In this document: positions 37,401 to 50,962 of the stretch, one piece after another
How the letters are laid out: each line of letters opens with the position of its first letter
How positions within the stretch are numbered: the first letter of the stretch is position 1
Assembly (NCBI GenBank): GCA_964234715.1
Contig: OZ174281.1
DNA: 64,000 bases
DNA from: Podarcis melisellensis
Taxonomy: Eukaryota
Direction: 5' to 3' (one strand)
Notes under the pieces: generated by a model
What the model saw: only the letters and a program-made list of their open reading frames with translations
The model's database searches: none
What the model was told of the DNA's origin: nothing
Translations under genes and position numbers: made by a program

Positions 37401-40400
37401 ATAATGTTAGGCTTAAAAGCATTATTTGAAATCATGACTGTTCATTTTAACTTGTGATGAATGTAAGAAAGTGATGTAACGAAACTGTAGAATTACAATA
37501 TAAAAATTGCAAAAATTGCTGTTTCTTTTATATTCAGTTGCGTGAGTTTTCTCCACTCTGTTCATGCAAATCAGTTTCTGTTCTAATGTTTAGACAACTA
37601 ATGTCTTTAAAAAGCAAAAGTGCACTTTTTCATGTAATCTTTTCTAATGAACAGAATCCATGAAGCCAGCTGGATGTGCTGTGCTGCTTGTATTGGTGGG
37701 ATTAATGTGATCAGAATAAGCGGTTTTCACAGAGTTACATTTGCCTCCGTCTGCTCATCTAATTTCTTCCATTTGTCGAAGTCTTGTTGTTATACTGTAG
37801 TGGGAAACAATCTATCTTTATCTCTTAGTATTGTGCCTACTTGCATCTAGTCTATGTGCCTCATTTGTCTTCAGCTTTATAGAATCATTTGGTTGAAAGG
37901 GACTTTTTCAAAGGCCATTAAATTTGTTCATCTCTGGAAGGCAGGGCAATCTATGAACTATCCCCTGCCTATCAATCCACATAGTTTGGACATCAATTTC
38001 GGGTCCTAAGCAAAGACTGCTTGTGGGCAAACCCCTGTGCAGAGTAGTTGGCACTAAATGAAAGCAAGTGAGTTGCTTCCAGGTACAATATGGACAAGAT
38101 TTCATAAGAGTACAAGATTGATAGGAATACAGAGGAATGATGTACTGTAAAATATCAGCACACTTTCTACCCCAAAACATTTTTTCCTTCAGTTTGTTGC
38201 TTGCACCCATCATGAAGTCCAATCATCAGTGCTCTTGGGTTAATACAAAAGGCAACCCAATTTTCACTTAAAAGGTGTTAAGCTATGGAATATTTCAACA
38301 ATTACATCTACAGAGGTAGCAGCAGAAAATATGTAAGTTTTTCTTTACCTTGAGCTGTTTTAATGCTTTGCAACCAGTAAACCTCAGTGGCAGTGATAGT
38401 GAACCTTTTGCTTCCCCAGTACAGTACTTTCTGGATAATAGTTCCCTTTGTCCCTGACCATTGGGTATGCTGGCTAGGGCTGATGGGATTCCAACCAAAA
38501 CTGGAGGTCCTCCCAAGTTTCCTATCCCTGTTTTAAAGTGAAGTGAGTAACCAATAGCTTGGACTTGTCAGTGAATCATTCAGCTTGACAGCCCAGTGTT
38601 GTGGGAACTGCGAGGGACTGTGGCCGTTGCCACAGCTTCATAGATTACAACACTCATCAGCCCTGATCATTGGTCTTGGTGGCTGGGGCTGATGGGATTT
38701 GGAGTTCAACTCCTTTGGGAGGTCACCACACTTGGAACAGCTGTACTAGTGCAATGCTTGCTTCTAGAGTTGAAAATATTGACTCTTAGTGTTATAAAAG
38801 AATACTTTAAAATATTTGTTATTGTTCAGAAGTTATTGACCTAACTTCAGGTTTCAGGCACAGATATTCAGGATAAATATAAAATAAAGTTTTTGCATGT
38901 CCAGACTTCTTTGCTTGTTGTATGGGAGTATTTAGAAAAAGTTGGATGGCCCTCAGTGTCACTATTGTCCATTTGACCTTTCTCAAGGATAGTTTGGTAT
39001 CTTTAGGGTAGGGGCTGAATTAGACACTTTAGCATCTGAGGACCACCTTAGCTTCTGTTATAACTCATGAAAAGCTTGAGGCAGATATTGAAGTCCCCAC
39101 CCCCCAAAAAAACCACCCCTTGGTATTTTAAGCTTACTCAGGTGTTAGCTATTTGCATGCTGTTTTTTGTTTTTGTTTTTAATTGTTTAATTATTGATTT
39201 ATTATTCTTTGAATATTCACCACCTTGAGTGCTTGGTTTAGAAATGTGTCAGGCAGAATGGGAAAGATTTCAATAAATCTGGTATAGAGCGAGTTGTTTT
39301 AAGTACCTGTGAACTTATAAAAATAGATTTCATAACTGCTTTGTATATTTTTCTTCTTGGGCCTAAAATAATAACCAGTTGACAGAACAAACGAATAGAA
39401 TTGTTATATTAAAACTGGAGATTAATGGCAGAAAGCATAATGGGCAAAATCCTTTCAGTTCCGTCTTGGTTTACACAGCATTTGTTAAACTCTAGAGGTA
39501 GCTACTTATATAAATGGATTACACATTTTGAAATAAATCTCAAGGCCATCAGAGGCCCATCTGAGTTTATCATATAGCATTATGACCAAGCGACATTTTA
39601 TTTTCACAATATTCTCCAGTTGTTACTCAATTAAAGCTCTTGTCTAAGGACATCCCCAGTAGTTGTTTAAACTTATCAATGGCATATAAAATAAGCTTTG
39701 TGAGCATCTGCTGTCCTTAAAACAACAACAAAATTTCTCATTCCTTGTGCACCAAATTATAGGCTACAGTTCTTATGAGACCTAAGCAACAGTTTTGTCC
39801 AAACTAAAAGTTAATGCCATGTGCCTGCTCAGGAACTGTAAATTCAGGATTAAATTACCTTTTCCAACCTTCCTCCATTTTTAGTTGGAGTTTTTTTCTT
39901 TATGAGAGGCTGTTTTTCTCAGATTTGGTGATAGAGACCCTGTATACTAACACAAAGTGCAATCCATAAAGTACTCAAAAATACCCACAGAAATTAATGG
40001 GAACTGTGTAAAATAAATGCTGTTCAAAAATCATGTATGAAAAATACAACCCTGTGGACTGCCTTTGCACTTGCTGCCATGCCACTTAAGTAATATACAC
40101 AGGCTTGCACACACTTTGTTCACATTCCACAGTAGCCGTGCCCTGCCAGTTCAAGAAGGGCATTGCTTGTGTATTTGGTACATGCTGTTGGGACCAGCTA
40201 CTTGGGTGGAATTCTGTCTGTGGTTTCAGACTAACATGGGAACAATTGTAGAGGTAGCCATGCCAACAAGGGAACATGAAAGTTCTTCCTTTCCCATGTG
40301 GCTGCATCTTTGAATTGTTTTAGGATTTACTGCTTTTTAGTTCTATCTGATGGTCAGCCACCCCATCTTAATTATTGGATACGAACAATACTGTAAGTGA

Positions 40401-41556
40401 AGCTTGTGTGGTTGAATTATACAGTATTTTAATCATTGGTTAGATCAGGGATAGGCAACATGGTGCCCTCAATTTCCACCATGGGCTTCAACTTCCATCA
40501 TCCCTGATCATTGGTTAGGATGTGTGCATCTGGAAGGCACCCACGTTGGCTATTCCAGGGCTAGATAACTTTGTGTACGAATTACATGTTCTTCATTTAT
40601 GTATGACTTGACATTCTCTTTTATGGCAAAAGCTATTATGAAATTCCTGAAAACCATTTCTGACTTGTAAAGAAAAAAACCACATATGTATAAAGATAGC
40701 CAGAGCAAAATATTGAACTCCACAATGCTTCTCTGCTTCTAAGCAATTATAAATTATGTAGTGTGAAAGGCATGTTGACTGTATGACCAGAGGTTTTGGT
40801 TGATCTTCCTAGAAACACGTAAAGTTTCTCTTTAGCTAGTCATATATTCTACTAACTTGCAGTTTCTGCAAGAGATAAATAAATTATGAAACTGGGAATG
40901 TTATTTTAAAAAGGTCAGCCTTCTATTTTTCCCTTTTAGTGATTTAAATTAATTCAACCATTAATCCCTTCTTCTCATACACGTGGATGCCATCTAGGTG
41001 AATAATGTGTGAGGACTATTGAAATTGTTGATTCCCAAATGTTATTTTCCATTATTGATAGCATAAGTCCACTTGTTTAGATGTTGAAGGATGATGAAGC
41101 AGAAAAGGAGACAAATAGAATGGCTTGGGGTTTACATACTTCAGGGAGAACTTTCTCTCTTACACTCTCTTATTACCTTTAAGTGGTTCTCAATGGTTCT
41201 CAAAGGGTGTGCGCACCACACTGGTATGGCAGGAGGGGTGGCAAGTCTGGCAGGTGGGAAGATTCAAGGACAATCAAAGAAGCATTTAAGCATTTCAGTG
41301 CAGTATAGTATAATATAAAGATAATTTTTATTTGCAGATTATGGATAGATATCTTTTCAAAATGAGAGCAAGAGAATGAAGTGATATTGAGGACAATCCT
41401 GGTTGTGATCCAGAATTGCACTTCTTCTACAGTTCTTCATGTCGTAACATTCACAGGGATTTTCAGCTCTGATAAATATGAAAGATCAGAAAAGAGAGTC
41501 TTCTTTGTGTTGATGAGGAGGTGAATGTTTGTTTGTCTCAAATTAAACCTAATATA

Positions 41557-41816
41557 CAGTCATACCTCGGGTTGAATATGCATCATGTTGAGCGCGTTTG
41601 AGTTGCGCTCTGCGGCAACTCGGAAGTAACAGAGCATGTTACTTCCGGGTTTCGCCACTCGCGCATGAGCAGACGCTCAAAATGATGTCACCCGCGTGCG
41701 CAGAAGCGGCGAAAAGCAACGCATTCATGCGCAGACGTGCTGTCGCTAGTTATGTTTGCTTCTGGATGCAAACAGAGCTGCGGAACGGATCCCGTTCATA
41801 TCCAGAGGTACCACTG
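41557..41816. mobile_element. Tc1/mariner (Tigger-like) MITE, family A, inverted copy
   Basis: TA|CAGTCATACCTC ... GAGGTACCACTG|TA. Confidence 0.85.
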
Positions 41817-42808
41817 TAAATGACATTACCCAGCAAAAGCAAGCTCACACCTCTCATAGTTTGTATACATAAGGTACATATGTAAGAGGCTCATTTATAA
41901 TTGTATTTGGGGAATTGTTAATGTTCTTACACAGCTGCATTGCTTTATACTTTCTGGATGTGTGTATTATAAAGTACCGGTAGCTGTGTTCTGTGTTTAT
42001 AAATCAAGCACTGCTTGGAGTTGTTTCCAATGTATTTCTTATCAATAAAAAATTCAGTGTGGCACAAGCAAATTTTTATTCTCAAAGCGTAGTCCAAAGA
42101 AAAAGTTTGACAAACACTTCCTTATGACATGCAGAGTGGGTGTTTTTAGTGGCTGTTTTGCTTGAAGGTCTTGCGTGTAGGTTAAATTTCAATTAGTCTG
42201 GTTGGAAGGTGTTGGACAATTGCAATAGTAGGTTTTAAATAGCATGTTTTACTTTTCTCATCTTGGTTATGTTGAGTGTGAAAACTGTTGTGTGCCCTGA
42301 GCCATAGGCAGGGTGGTATGAGCTAGATATCCAAAATAATTTTTACTTAACTTGAGCGAAACTAGTATGCTATGTGCTTGCCCAGCAAGCAGATTGTTTA
42401 ATCCTGATCTATTGGGCGAGTGCAAACCATAGTTGGCTGGTTTTGATGAAATGGCACTCTGTGATACTGAATGACTTTCATTCATTCAGCTTTTATATAC
42501 TTCCCCTCATCAAGTCTGGATTTCATTGTTGTTCAGGATATAAAGTTAAGGCAAAAAAACAAAACAGTGACAGAACAATAGATGCAATATTTTTGTGGCC
42601 CTTTAACAAAACATAATGTGAGGAAAGGTATATGCCTAGAACTTGCTTGATTTGGATATTGTGGTGCAGAATGAACAAATATGTGGCCAGCGAGCAGTAC
42701 CTAGCAATTAATACAAGCAATTGCTGAACAGCCCTCCTTAGATCTCATTTCCCCATGACACATGCGGAATATTCATCTTTTTAGCACGTCACTATGCTTA
42801 TATTTGAA

Positions 42809-43164
42809 GGGACGCGGGTGGCGCTGTGGGTAAAACCTCAGCACCTAGGACTTGCTGATCGCATGGTCAGCGGTTCGAATCCCCGTGGCGGGGTGCGCTC
42901 CCATCATTCGGTCCCAGCGGCTGCCAACCTAGCAGTTCGAAAGCACCCCCGGGTGCAAGTAGATAAATAGGGACCGCTTACCAGCGGGAAGGTAAACGGC
43001 GTTCCGTGTGCTGCGCTGGCTCGCCAGATGCAGCTTGTCACGCTGGCCACGTGACCCGGAAGTGTCTGCGGACAGCGCTGGCTCCCGGCCTATAGAGTGA
43101 GATGAGCGCACAACCCTAGAGTCTGTCAAGACTGGCCCGTACGGGCAGAGGTATCTTTACCTTT
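42809..43164 (+). mobile_element. Sauria SINE, young subfamily
   Basis: GGGACGCGGGTGGCGCTGTGGGT head, B box GGTTCGAATCC, flanking repeat TATGCTTATATT. Confidence 0.92.
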
Positions 43165-43653
43165 ATGCTTATATTCATCTCAGGTATGGAAAAGATAGCT
43201 GTTTGAAGCAGATCTGTTTTGCGTGTGAGCATACATAGTCTGAATACTGAACTGTAGTGTCTTAGATACTTGCCAGTATTTATTAACATTATTTATCTCC
43301 TTTATTATATCTGTTTGTTTGGTGCAAGTGCAAGATTGCCATCCCTAATGATGAAGTTCTAACATTTGACTTAAAATGTATCATTTTAAGAAGCATTCCT
43401 GCTGGGTGTTTTCCTTCTCTATTATATTACGTTGTGTGAGTATGTGAAAAAGTGTGCTAACGACCAGTGAGGCTCTCCCAATTTTATTCAAGAGTTGGAA
43501 AATGGCAGGCAACCTTGCACTTCCCTTTAGTGAATGGAGACAGCTGGGGTCTCTGCCTGAAATCAGTGCGTGGGAATTCAAGGTGGTTACTGTAACGGTT
43601 GACTTTTCAGAATGAGGACAGGATTTGAATGATTTCCAGAGGGGTAGCTGGGT

Positions 43654-43743
43654 AATAGCTGTCAACGTTTCCCTTTTCTTGCGAGGAATCCTATTCAGAA
43701 TAAGGGAATTTCCCTTTAAAAAAGGGGAACGTTGACAGCTATG
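43654..43743. mobile_element. 90-bp hAT-type MITE
   Basis: 23-bp inverted arms ATAGCTGTCAACGTTTCCCTTTT / AAAAGGGGAACGTTGACAGCTAT (1 mismatch); perfect 8-bp TSD AGCTGGGT. Confidence 0.8.
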
Positions 43744-43813
43744 AGCTGGGTTAGTCTGTTGCAACAAAAGCCCCTGGCACCTTTAACACTAGCACATGTC
43801 TTATGGTATAAGC

Positions 43814-44285
43814 CAGAGGTTTTCAACCTTTTTGAGTCCACGGCTCACTTGACCAACTACATTCTTTCTGCAGCACTCCTTTGGGGCTCAGGAGCCCAGT
43901 TTTATCACCACCTGCCTGCAGAGCTGTCAGCCTCTCACCCTTTTGTGAACACACTCCCTTGTGGAGTGTTCTCTCAGCCTCCTCTCTCCTCTTCTTGGGA
44001 GTCCTCTTAGCAGCCACTGCCACAGCTCTTGGTCTCTGATCACCCCACATCAAAGAGGGTGCCTCCTCCCTGGCCAACCCCCGAGGCACCATTCACCTGG
44101 GCTGAGGAGCTTGTGGTCAGGGCTGCTGCAACAAACAGCAGTGCAAGCCTTTGGGAGGCAGAGACGTGAAAGGGCATCAAGGGGGAAGGAAGGAAAGAGG
44201 GACAGAGGACAGTGTTGCCTGTGGCACCCCTGGCCATCATCCAAGGCACCCCAGGGTGCCACAGCACACTAATTGAAAACCGCTG
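43814..44285. mobile_element. Non-autonomous hAT element (older, Charlie-like)
   Basis: TIRs CAGAGGTTTTCAA / TTGAAAACCGCTG; TSD GTATAAGC / GCATAAGC. Confidence 0.75.
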
Positions 44286-44312
44286 GCATAAGCTTTCAGG
44301 TATTCCCTCACC

Positions 44313-44619
44313 TCCATTCTTAAGGAAATCAGCCCTGAGTGCTCGCTGGAAGGACAGATCGTGAAGCTGAGGCTCCAATAGTTTGGCCACCTCATGTGAA
44401 GAGAAGACTCCCTGGAAAAGACCCTGATGTTGGGAAAAATTGAGGGCACAAGGAGAAGGGGAGACTACAGAGGGCAAGATGGTTGGATAGTGTTCACGAA
44501 GCTACCAGCATGAGTTTGACCAAACTGCGGGAGGCAGTGGAAGACAGAAGTGCCTGGCGTGCTCTGGTCCATGGGGTCACGAAGAGTCGGACACGACTAA
44601 ACGACTAAACAACAACAAC
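44313..44619 (+). mobile_element. Bov-B (RTE) LINE 3' fragment
   Basis: Homologous to 33751-34196; GACTAAACAACAACAAC tail; TSD ATTCCCTCACC. Confidence 0.92.
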
Positions 44620-46095
44620 ATTCCCTCACCATGGTCTGCCTCTACTTGTTTGGTGAATAATTTATTATTGGTGAACCCTAGAGTGCAATGTTCTGAACAC
44701 TGAGGAGAGAAGAGAGCGCATGTCCTATATAACATTATAAAAAATGGTCTGAGTGCATTTGTAATGGGGAGCATTTGAAAAGGATTGGGTTGAGCAGGGG
44801 AGGGGGGAGGGACTATTAAATAATGAGATTCCAGAGATCCTGACACTAGAGTTAAGTCCTGACCTGAAAAACACAGTAGGATCTCTTCTTCCCTATATAT
44901 AGCTCCATAAAACCTGCTAGTCAGGCCAAGTCATCACTGTAAACACAGTTGTTAGATGGTTTATTTTGAGCTTTTTAACTCTAAATAACAGTGCATGGAA
45001 ATGCCTTTTTTATTTTAAGGACAGCCTTTTAGCTTGTGTTGTGTGCGTGTGTTTGAAAGCTCTGGAGTACATTCAGTAACATTAGCTGATTAATCTTTTT
45101 AGCACTGTGTTAGCTGGGGCTTTCAGGACTTCATCGTGGTTTAGAAACACAGGTTTCTGATTCCTAGTGTAGTGCCATTACTTGATTTTTCAGTTTTAGG
45201 GAGCCATAGTGCATATATGTACAATAGTGCTGCTTTGGATTTTCCAGTGTCCTCTTAAAATTATCAGTGGGTTTTTTGGTATCTATTTGCATTTATATGG
45301 GTTTTTGGGAGGCTTTCAATCATAGTTGGCATTACTCATGTGTTGATGATGGACCATCATTTTAACTCATTCTTAGGTTATTTGTTTGAAATATTGTATT
45401 ATGAGGCTATTACAGGGCACTTTCTGAGAAAGTCAAGACTGAGCAACTTTTAGGGAAGGATTCTGAAATCTTCTTTGTTTTTGTCTTGTTGCAGTAGCAT
45501 TGTAGAAATGCATTTCTTTAGAAGCATGAATTGATCGTTCGTTTCTGAGTTACACCTCCTTCCATTGCCATACCAGTGATTTTTTTTTAGTACTTTAAAA
45601 AATCAAGGAGTGTTCAAGTAAAATGTGTTGAGATTCAAGGAGAACTAGGTTGCTGTTGTCTGCTCCCAAATTTCATGGTTTGTGACAGATTGTGTAAGAG
45701 GGGACACCACTGTGATAGGAAATCCAGACTGTCTTAATTGATTGCTAACAATGAATTAAAGGCATAGAAGCCTTCTCTGAGTTAGGAATTAGCATGCCTG
45801 TGGGTAACTTATGTAGACTGTGGTCTGTTACAGCTAGCTCATTTCAGAATCATTCACTCTTATCTTAGTGGTTCTTTTCAGAAACTATTAGTCATAGTTT
45901 TCCCTTTGTTGTCTCCTAACTCACTATTTGGAAATGACCCCATAGACCTGTGGGGACTGTGTTCATTAATGACAATACTTTAGTCATACATTTCTGATCA
46001 GAGGGGAAAGGCCAATGTTCATTGTCCTCCTAGTTGGAAGCACTGTGTGGGATGCTTGGTGAAGCTAGATCTTTGCGAAGTAATATAGCATGATT

Positions 46096-46935
46096 GTAGA
46101 ATCACAGAATTGGAAAGTTGGAAGAGATTTTGAGGGTCCTCTTGCCCAACCCCTGCAATGCAGGAATCTCAGCTAAGTCATCCATGGCAGTTTGCTATCA
46201 AACATCTGCTTAAAAACTTCCAATTCAAGGAGAATCCACCCCACCACCCAAGTGAGTCCATTCCATTGCCAAACAGCTCTCACTGTCAGAAAGTTCTTCT
46301 TGATCTTGAGTTGGAATCTCCCTTCTTGAAACTTGAATCCATTGGTTTAGGTCCTACCCTCTGGAGCAGGAGAAAACAAGCTTGCTCCATTTCCCATGTG
46401 AGCCCTCCTTTTCCCATGTGAGCCCTTTAGATATTTGAAGATGGCTATCATCTCTCCTCTTTTTCAGGCTAAACACACCCAACTCCTTCAACCGTTCCTT
46501 ATAAGGCTTGGTTTCCAGACCCTTGATCATCTTGGTTTCCCTCCTCTGTACATGTTCCAGCTTGTCAATATCCTTCTTAAATTGTGGTGCCCAGAACTGA
46601 ACACAGTACTCCAGGTGTGGTTTAACCAAAGCAGAATAGAGCAGGACTATTACTTCCCTTAAGCAGGACACCATACTTCTATTGTTGAAGCCTAGAATAG
46701 CATTAGAGTTTTTTGCTGCTGCATCACACTGTTCTCTCATGTTGAGCTTGTGGTCCTCCAAGACCCCTACATTCTTTTTACATGTACTACGGACAAATCA
46801 AACGTCCCTCTTATATTTATGCAGCTGGTGCTTTCTGACGAAGCATAGAAACCTGTCCCTATTGAGTTTCATAGTGTTATTTTGGGGCCAGTTTTTCAAT
46901 CTGTTAAGGTCATCTTAGATCCCAATTCTGTCTTC
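46096..46935 (-). mobile_element. CR1 LINE 3' fragment
   Basis: ORF2 C-terminus LYSALVKPHLEYCVQFWAPQFKKDIDKLEHVQRR; ATTCT-type tail. Confidence 0.92.
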
Positions 46936-47459
46936 TGCCTATCTCTTGAAAACAGCTTGCTTTTGAAAATGTTGTATAGATTAACTGGAAGGTTTTTTCT
47001 GTTTGTTATTTGTAAGACATGGTATATTGAAAGCATTTACCTACTGACCCTTTGTGTTTTCTGTTCAAATAGGGGTTGCTCTTTGATATCTCTGAAGAAT
47101 TCAGTATTTTAAAAAAGTGAACAAAAGGGGGGGGGAGAGGAAATGTTGCATTTTTTTGTACCATGTTCATCTCCATGGACTATTTTTAAAGTGTGTGGTG
47201 TATGGTTCTAATGTCAGTTTCTCCATAACAGTGTGTGTGTGTGTGTTCTTAATGTGTCTTGTCTTGCCCATGTAGGTAAATATACGAATGTGAAATATCT
47301 ACAAATTGTGTGACTCTCACCCAGTGCATATGTCACAGCCAAAACCTGTTTGCTGTAATTCCTAGTCGTACTTCCTAGTTTTCGGCATTAATATCTTATT
47401 TTCATTAATACCTGAATTGGACAAGCAACTGGTTATTAGAAATCATGAAATGAAGGAAA

Positions 47460-47655
47460 GGGCTCTAGCACAGAGCTAAAGCATCTACATTGCCTACAGA
47501 AGCACCCAGGTTCAGTTTCTGCTTTTTCTAGGCATGGTTGGTTACTACCACTGCCTGAAACTTTTGGAGAGCTGCTTTCCTATCAGGGTTGACCATACTC
47601 AGCTAGATGGACCAGTGGTCTGATTCAGTATAAGGCAGTTGCCTATGTTTCTAAG
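47460..47655 (+). mobile_element. Old tRNA-derived SINE with CR1-like tail (related copy at about 9338-9487, minus strand)
   Basis: Degenerate tRNA-like head (CCCAGGTTCAGTT) and GTATAAGGCAGTTGCCTATGTT tail. Confidence 0.5.
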
Positions 47656-48637
47656 TAATCAGATTGGGAGAAAGGAGTATGTGAAGTTGATGCATAGCTC
47701 CAATCGACCAAATCATAGGCTGGCCGCAACCAGACCACTAAAAACTGCCATTTTATTTCTTAATTAAAGTAAGCAAGCTGAGCAGCTGAATGGAGATTTA
47801 GAACTCAGAATCTGGATGCAGGTTTAAGTGCTAGGAAACCACTGTGCCAGTGGTAATGCTTCAAACTTGGCAGAGTTTTTCCTGTACCGAGTGACAGTGT
47901 ATTTTTCTGCTGCTTACTGACGTTGCATGCATGCGTGATTATCAGTGAAGATCTAAGATTATAAATAGGTTAAATTGAAGTACAAGCCTCTATTTTAAGT
48001 GTCTGGTGTGTGTTTGGATTTAAAAAGGCATTTTTACCAAGTTACATCAGCAATCTGTTTGCTGTCTTTCAGAGAATGTCTTCAAATATGTGTATGAAAA
48101 AGTAGTGTTACTTTAATCCCCCAATTTTTGTTTTCTGTAGCTATAGTTTGATTTTTCTTCCAGTTCTCAAAGGTTTAAAATTTCTTTTCAAATATTAATT
48201 ATAAGCTGTTAAGATTTCAGCTTGTTTTTTTAAAACTTGAAAATGTAGTGAAGTTTTTAACAAAGGGGATCAACAATAACAGTCTTCACTTACAAGGTTT
48301 CTAAGGGCTATGACCTTTTTTCTTTTGCATGCAGAGAAGCAGTTCTTAAAATGAACATGCATATTTATTCCTGCAGTTCCTAAAGCCACTTGGAAATAGA
48401 TGTGACAAATAGGCACCGGTGGTAATAATTTGTATCCTTATTTATTAAGCTATCGCTTTTGTCAGTTTGCATGCTGTCTAATTGATGGCCACTTTCTGCC
48501 TCTGCAAGGGCCTTGATAACGCACAAATGATATTTTTTGTCATCCTGACATGGCAAGGCAAGAAAATTGGTTGGATATAGATAGCCAGTGTAAGTAGGGG
48601 AATGAAAAATTCAGTAACTAGTATTGTATGTGCTGTC

Positions 48638-48760
48638 CATTTAAAGCACTACTCTCAAGAATCCTGGAAAATGTAGTTTAACCCCACAGAGCTAAAAATT
48701 TCCCCCACCAACAAATTACAGTTCCCAGGATTCTTTTGTTGGGAAAATGTGCTTTAAATG
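48638..48760. repeat. Old palindromic MITE relic
   Basis: Arms CATTTAAAGCAC / GTGCTTTAAATG and AAGAATCCTGG / CCAGGATTCTT. Confidence 0.55.
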
Positions 48761-49138
48761 TATATTGTGTTTGTAGCCTCTGAGGCAGGAAACACCCATT
48801 TCCTGTGTTGCAAGATCCTACAGATGGGAATGTCCACCAAAAATATTGTGTGACATCATGACTTGATGGGAATTTTGACTTGTTTGGATGCTAGAACCTG
48901 TGTGCCTGCAGTTTCACCATCCTATCCCCACCAGTTTCCATCCACATAAATCAGTACAATATTTTTGTAAAGTTTTATGTTTCTCATGGTGTGTTCCTTT
49001 GTAATGACTACATAGCAGCATATATTAGTTCAAATAAAAATGAAATTACCGTAAATGAAAGTCTCAAGTGCATCACATTGGGGCACACAAACTTGTTTAT
49101 TACTTTTCAAAAGTTCTCTGTACTGAACCCCCAAATTA

Positions 49139-50013
49139 CCGTATTTTTCGCACCATAGGGCGCACCGGACCATAGGGCGCACCCAGTTTTTTGGGGGGGA
49201 AATAAAGGGGAAAAAATTATTTTCCCCCCAGGTGCGGGGCTGGGGCGGGGGAAGCTCGAGCTTCCCCCGACCCCAGCCCCCAAACAGGCAGCTCTCTGCA
49301 AGCCGTGGGAGCACTCCCGCTGCTTGCGGAGAGGTCCGCGAAGCCTGGGCGCGCTGAGCTCAGCGTGCGTAGGCTTCGGCATGCTGGCAACTCTCCGCAA
49401 GCAGCGGGAGCGCTCCCGCTGCTTGCGGAGAGGTCCGCGAAGCCTGGGTGCGCTGAGCTCAGTGCGCGCAGGCTTCGGCATGCTGGCAACTCTCCGCAAG
49501 CAGTGGGGGCGCTCCCGCTGTTTGCGGAGAGGTCCGCGAAGTCTGGGCGCGCTGAGCTCAGCGCGCGCAGGCTTTGGCATGCAGGCAAGTCTCCGCAAGC
49601 AGCAGGAGCCCAGCACTGGGCTCCCGCTGCTTGCGGAGAGGTCCGCGAAGCCTGGGTGCGCTGAGCTCAGTGCGCGCAGGCTTCGGCATGCTGGCAACTC
49701 TCCGCAAGCAGCGGGAGCATTCCCGCTGCTTGCGGAGAGGTCCGCGAAGCCTGGGCGCGCTGAGCTCAGCGCGCGCAGGCTTTGGCATGCAGGCAAGTCT
49801 CCGCAAGCAGCAGGAGCCCAGCACTGGGCTCCCGCTGCTTGCGGAGAGGTGTGCGAAGCCTGGAGAGCGTGAGGGGTCAGTGCGCACCGACCCCTCTCAC
49901 TCTCCAGGCTTCAGCGAAAGCCTGCATTCGCACCATAGGACGCACACACATTTCCCCTTCATTTTTGGAGGGGAAAAAGTGCGTCCTATGGTGCGAAAAA
50001 TACGAAAATACGG
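49139..50013. mobile_element. Tc2/pogo-like non-autonomous element with internal tandem array
   Basis: TA|CCGTATTTTTCGCACCATAGG ... CCTATGGTGCGAAAAATACG(AAAATACG)G|TA; subterminal sequence shared with 33020-33277 in the opposite orientation. Confidence 0.88.
49314..49862. repeat. GC-rich minisatellite of palindromic 99/109-bp units (5 full + 1 partial)
   Basis: Unit starts at 49314, 49413, 49512, 49621, 49720 and 49829. Confidence 0.92.
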
Positions 50014-50578
50014 TATATGTTTAAAACTTTTCTGGATTTAGACAAGCCATTTGATTTTAGACATTGCTGTGCATGAACACACATCTCTTCTTATCAAGCC
50101 ATAATTCGCCTCTCTGGATCACAGCCACTGCTGGTAGGTTGAACACAGGGTGGTGCTTATAATGGTGCTTTGTCTATCAGAACAGAAATAGGCTATCACA
50201 ACATGAGATGCATAGAAGGCGGTATGAAGATGTAAATCAAAAGAAAACCTGAATCACTTTTAGATGGATGGCTTATAAGAAATGGTAAAGAAACTGTTAA
50301 ATCAGAAGTGCTTAATCCTTTAACAGAGGAGGAGGATTAGAAGCAAATATCACCTGAAAATAGAAATTGGTGCCAACTCTTTGGGGAGCAGCTAGAATAG
50401 CTCTGTAGATGATATGAGATGATGGGGGAAACTAGGTTAACCTCAGTAAAAAAGAATTGTCCATGCTTTGCCTGTGAGATTCCTCTGCAGTTGGAGGTAT
50501 GCTGGTTGATTGTCAATTTGAGGAGTTATGTGTTAGCTATCTGTGAAATCATTAGTACATGTTTATACATGGATCTAG

Positions 50579-50843
50579 TCAGCGGGTGGCACTGTGGTCT
50601 AAACCACTGAGTGGCTTGACCTTGCTGATTGGAAGGTCGGTGGTTTGAATCCGCGAGTTGGGGTGAGCTCCTGTTGCTTTGTCCGAGTTTTCTGCCAACC
50701 TAGCAGTTCGAAAGCACACCAGTGTAAGTAGATAATGACCCGGAAGCTGTACGCCGGCTCCCTTGGCCAATAAAGCGAGATGAGTGCCGCAACCTCAGAG
50801 TCGGTCATGACTGGACCTAATGGTCAGGGGTCCCCTTACCTTT
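50579..50843 (+). mobile_element. Sauria SINE with internal deletion
   Basis: Head and tail present; central part deleted at GTAGATAA|TGACCCGG. Confidence 0.85.
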
Positions 50844-50962
50844 ATAAAAGAAAGATTAATAATATTTGAAGGATGTTTGGTGGGGATGGAATTTCCATGC
50901 GGCAGCTAGAAAAAGTTAGAAGAGCCATGACTGAAGTTCTAATATAAATAAATAAAAATAAC

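Noticed and set aside
42809-42895. tRNA gene (A/B boxes, GGTTCGAATCC)
   Set aside because: It is the tRNA-derived head of a Sauria SINE, as in the other copies.
49107-50041. Long repetitive ORFs and CRISPR-like appearance
   Set aside because: Products of a 99-bp GC-rich tandem unit; no unique spacers, no cas genes, vertebrate context.
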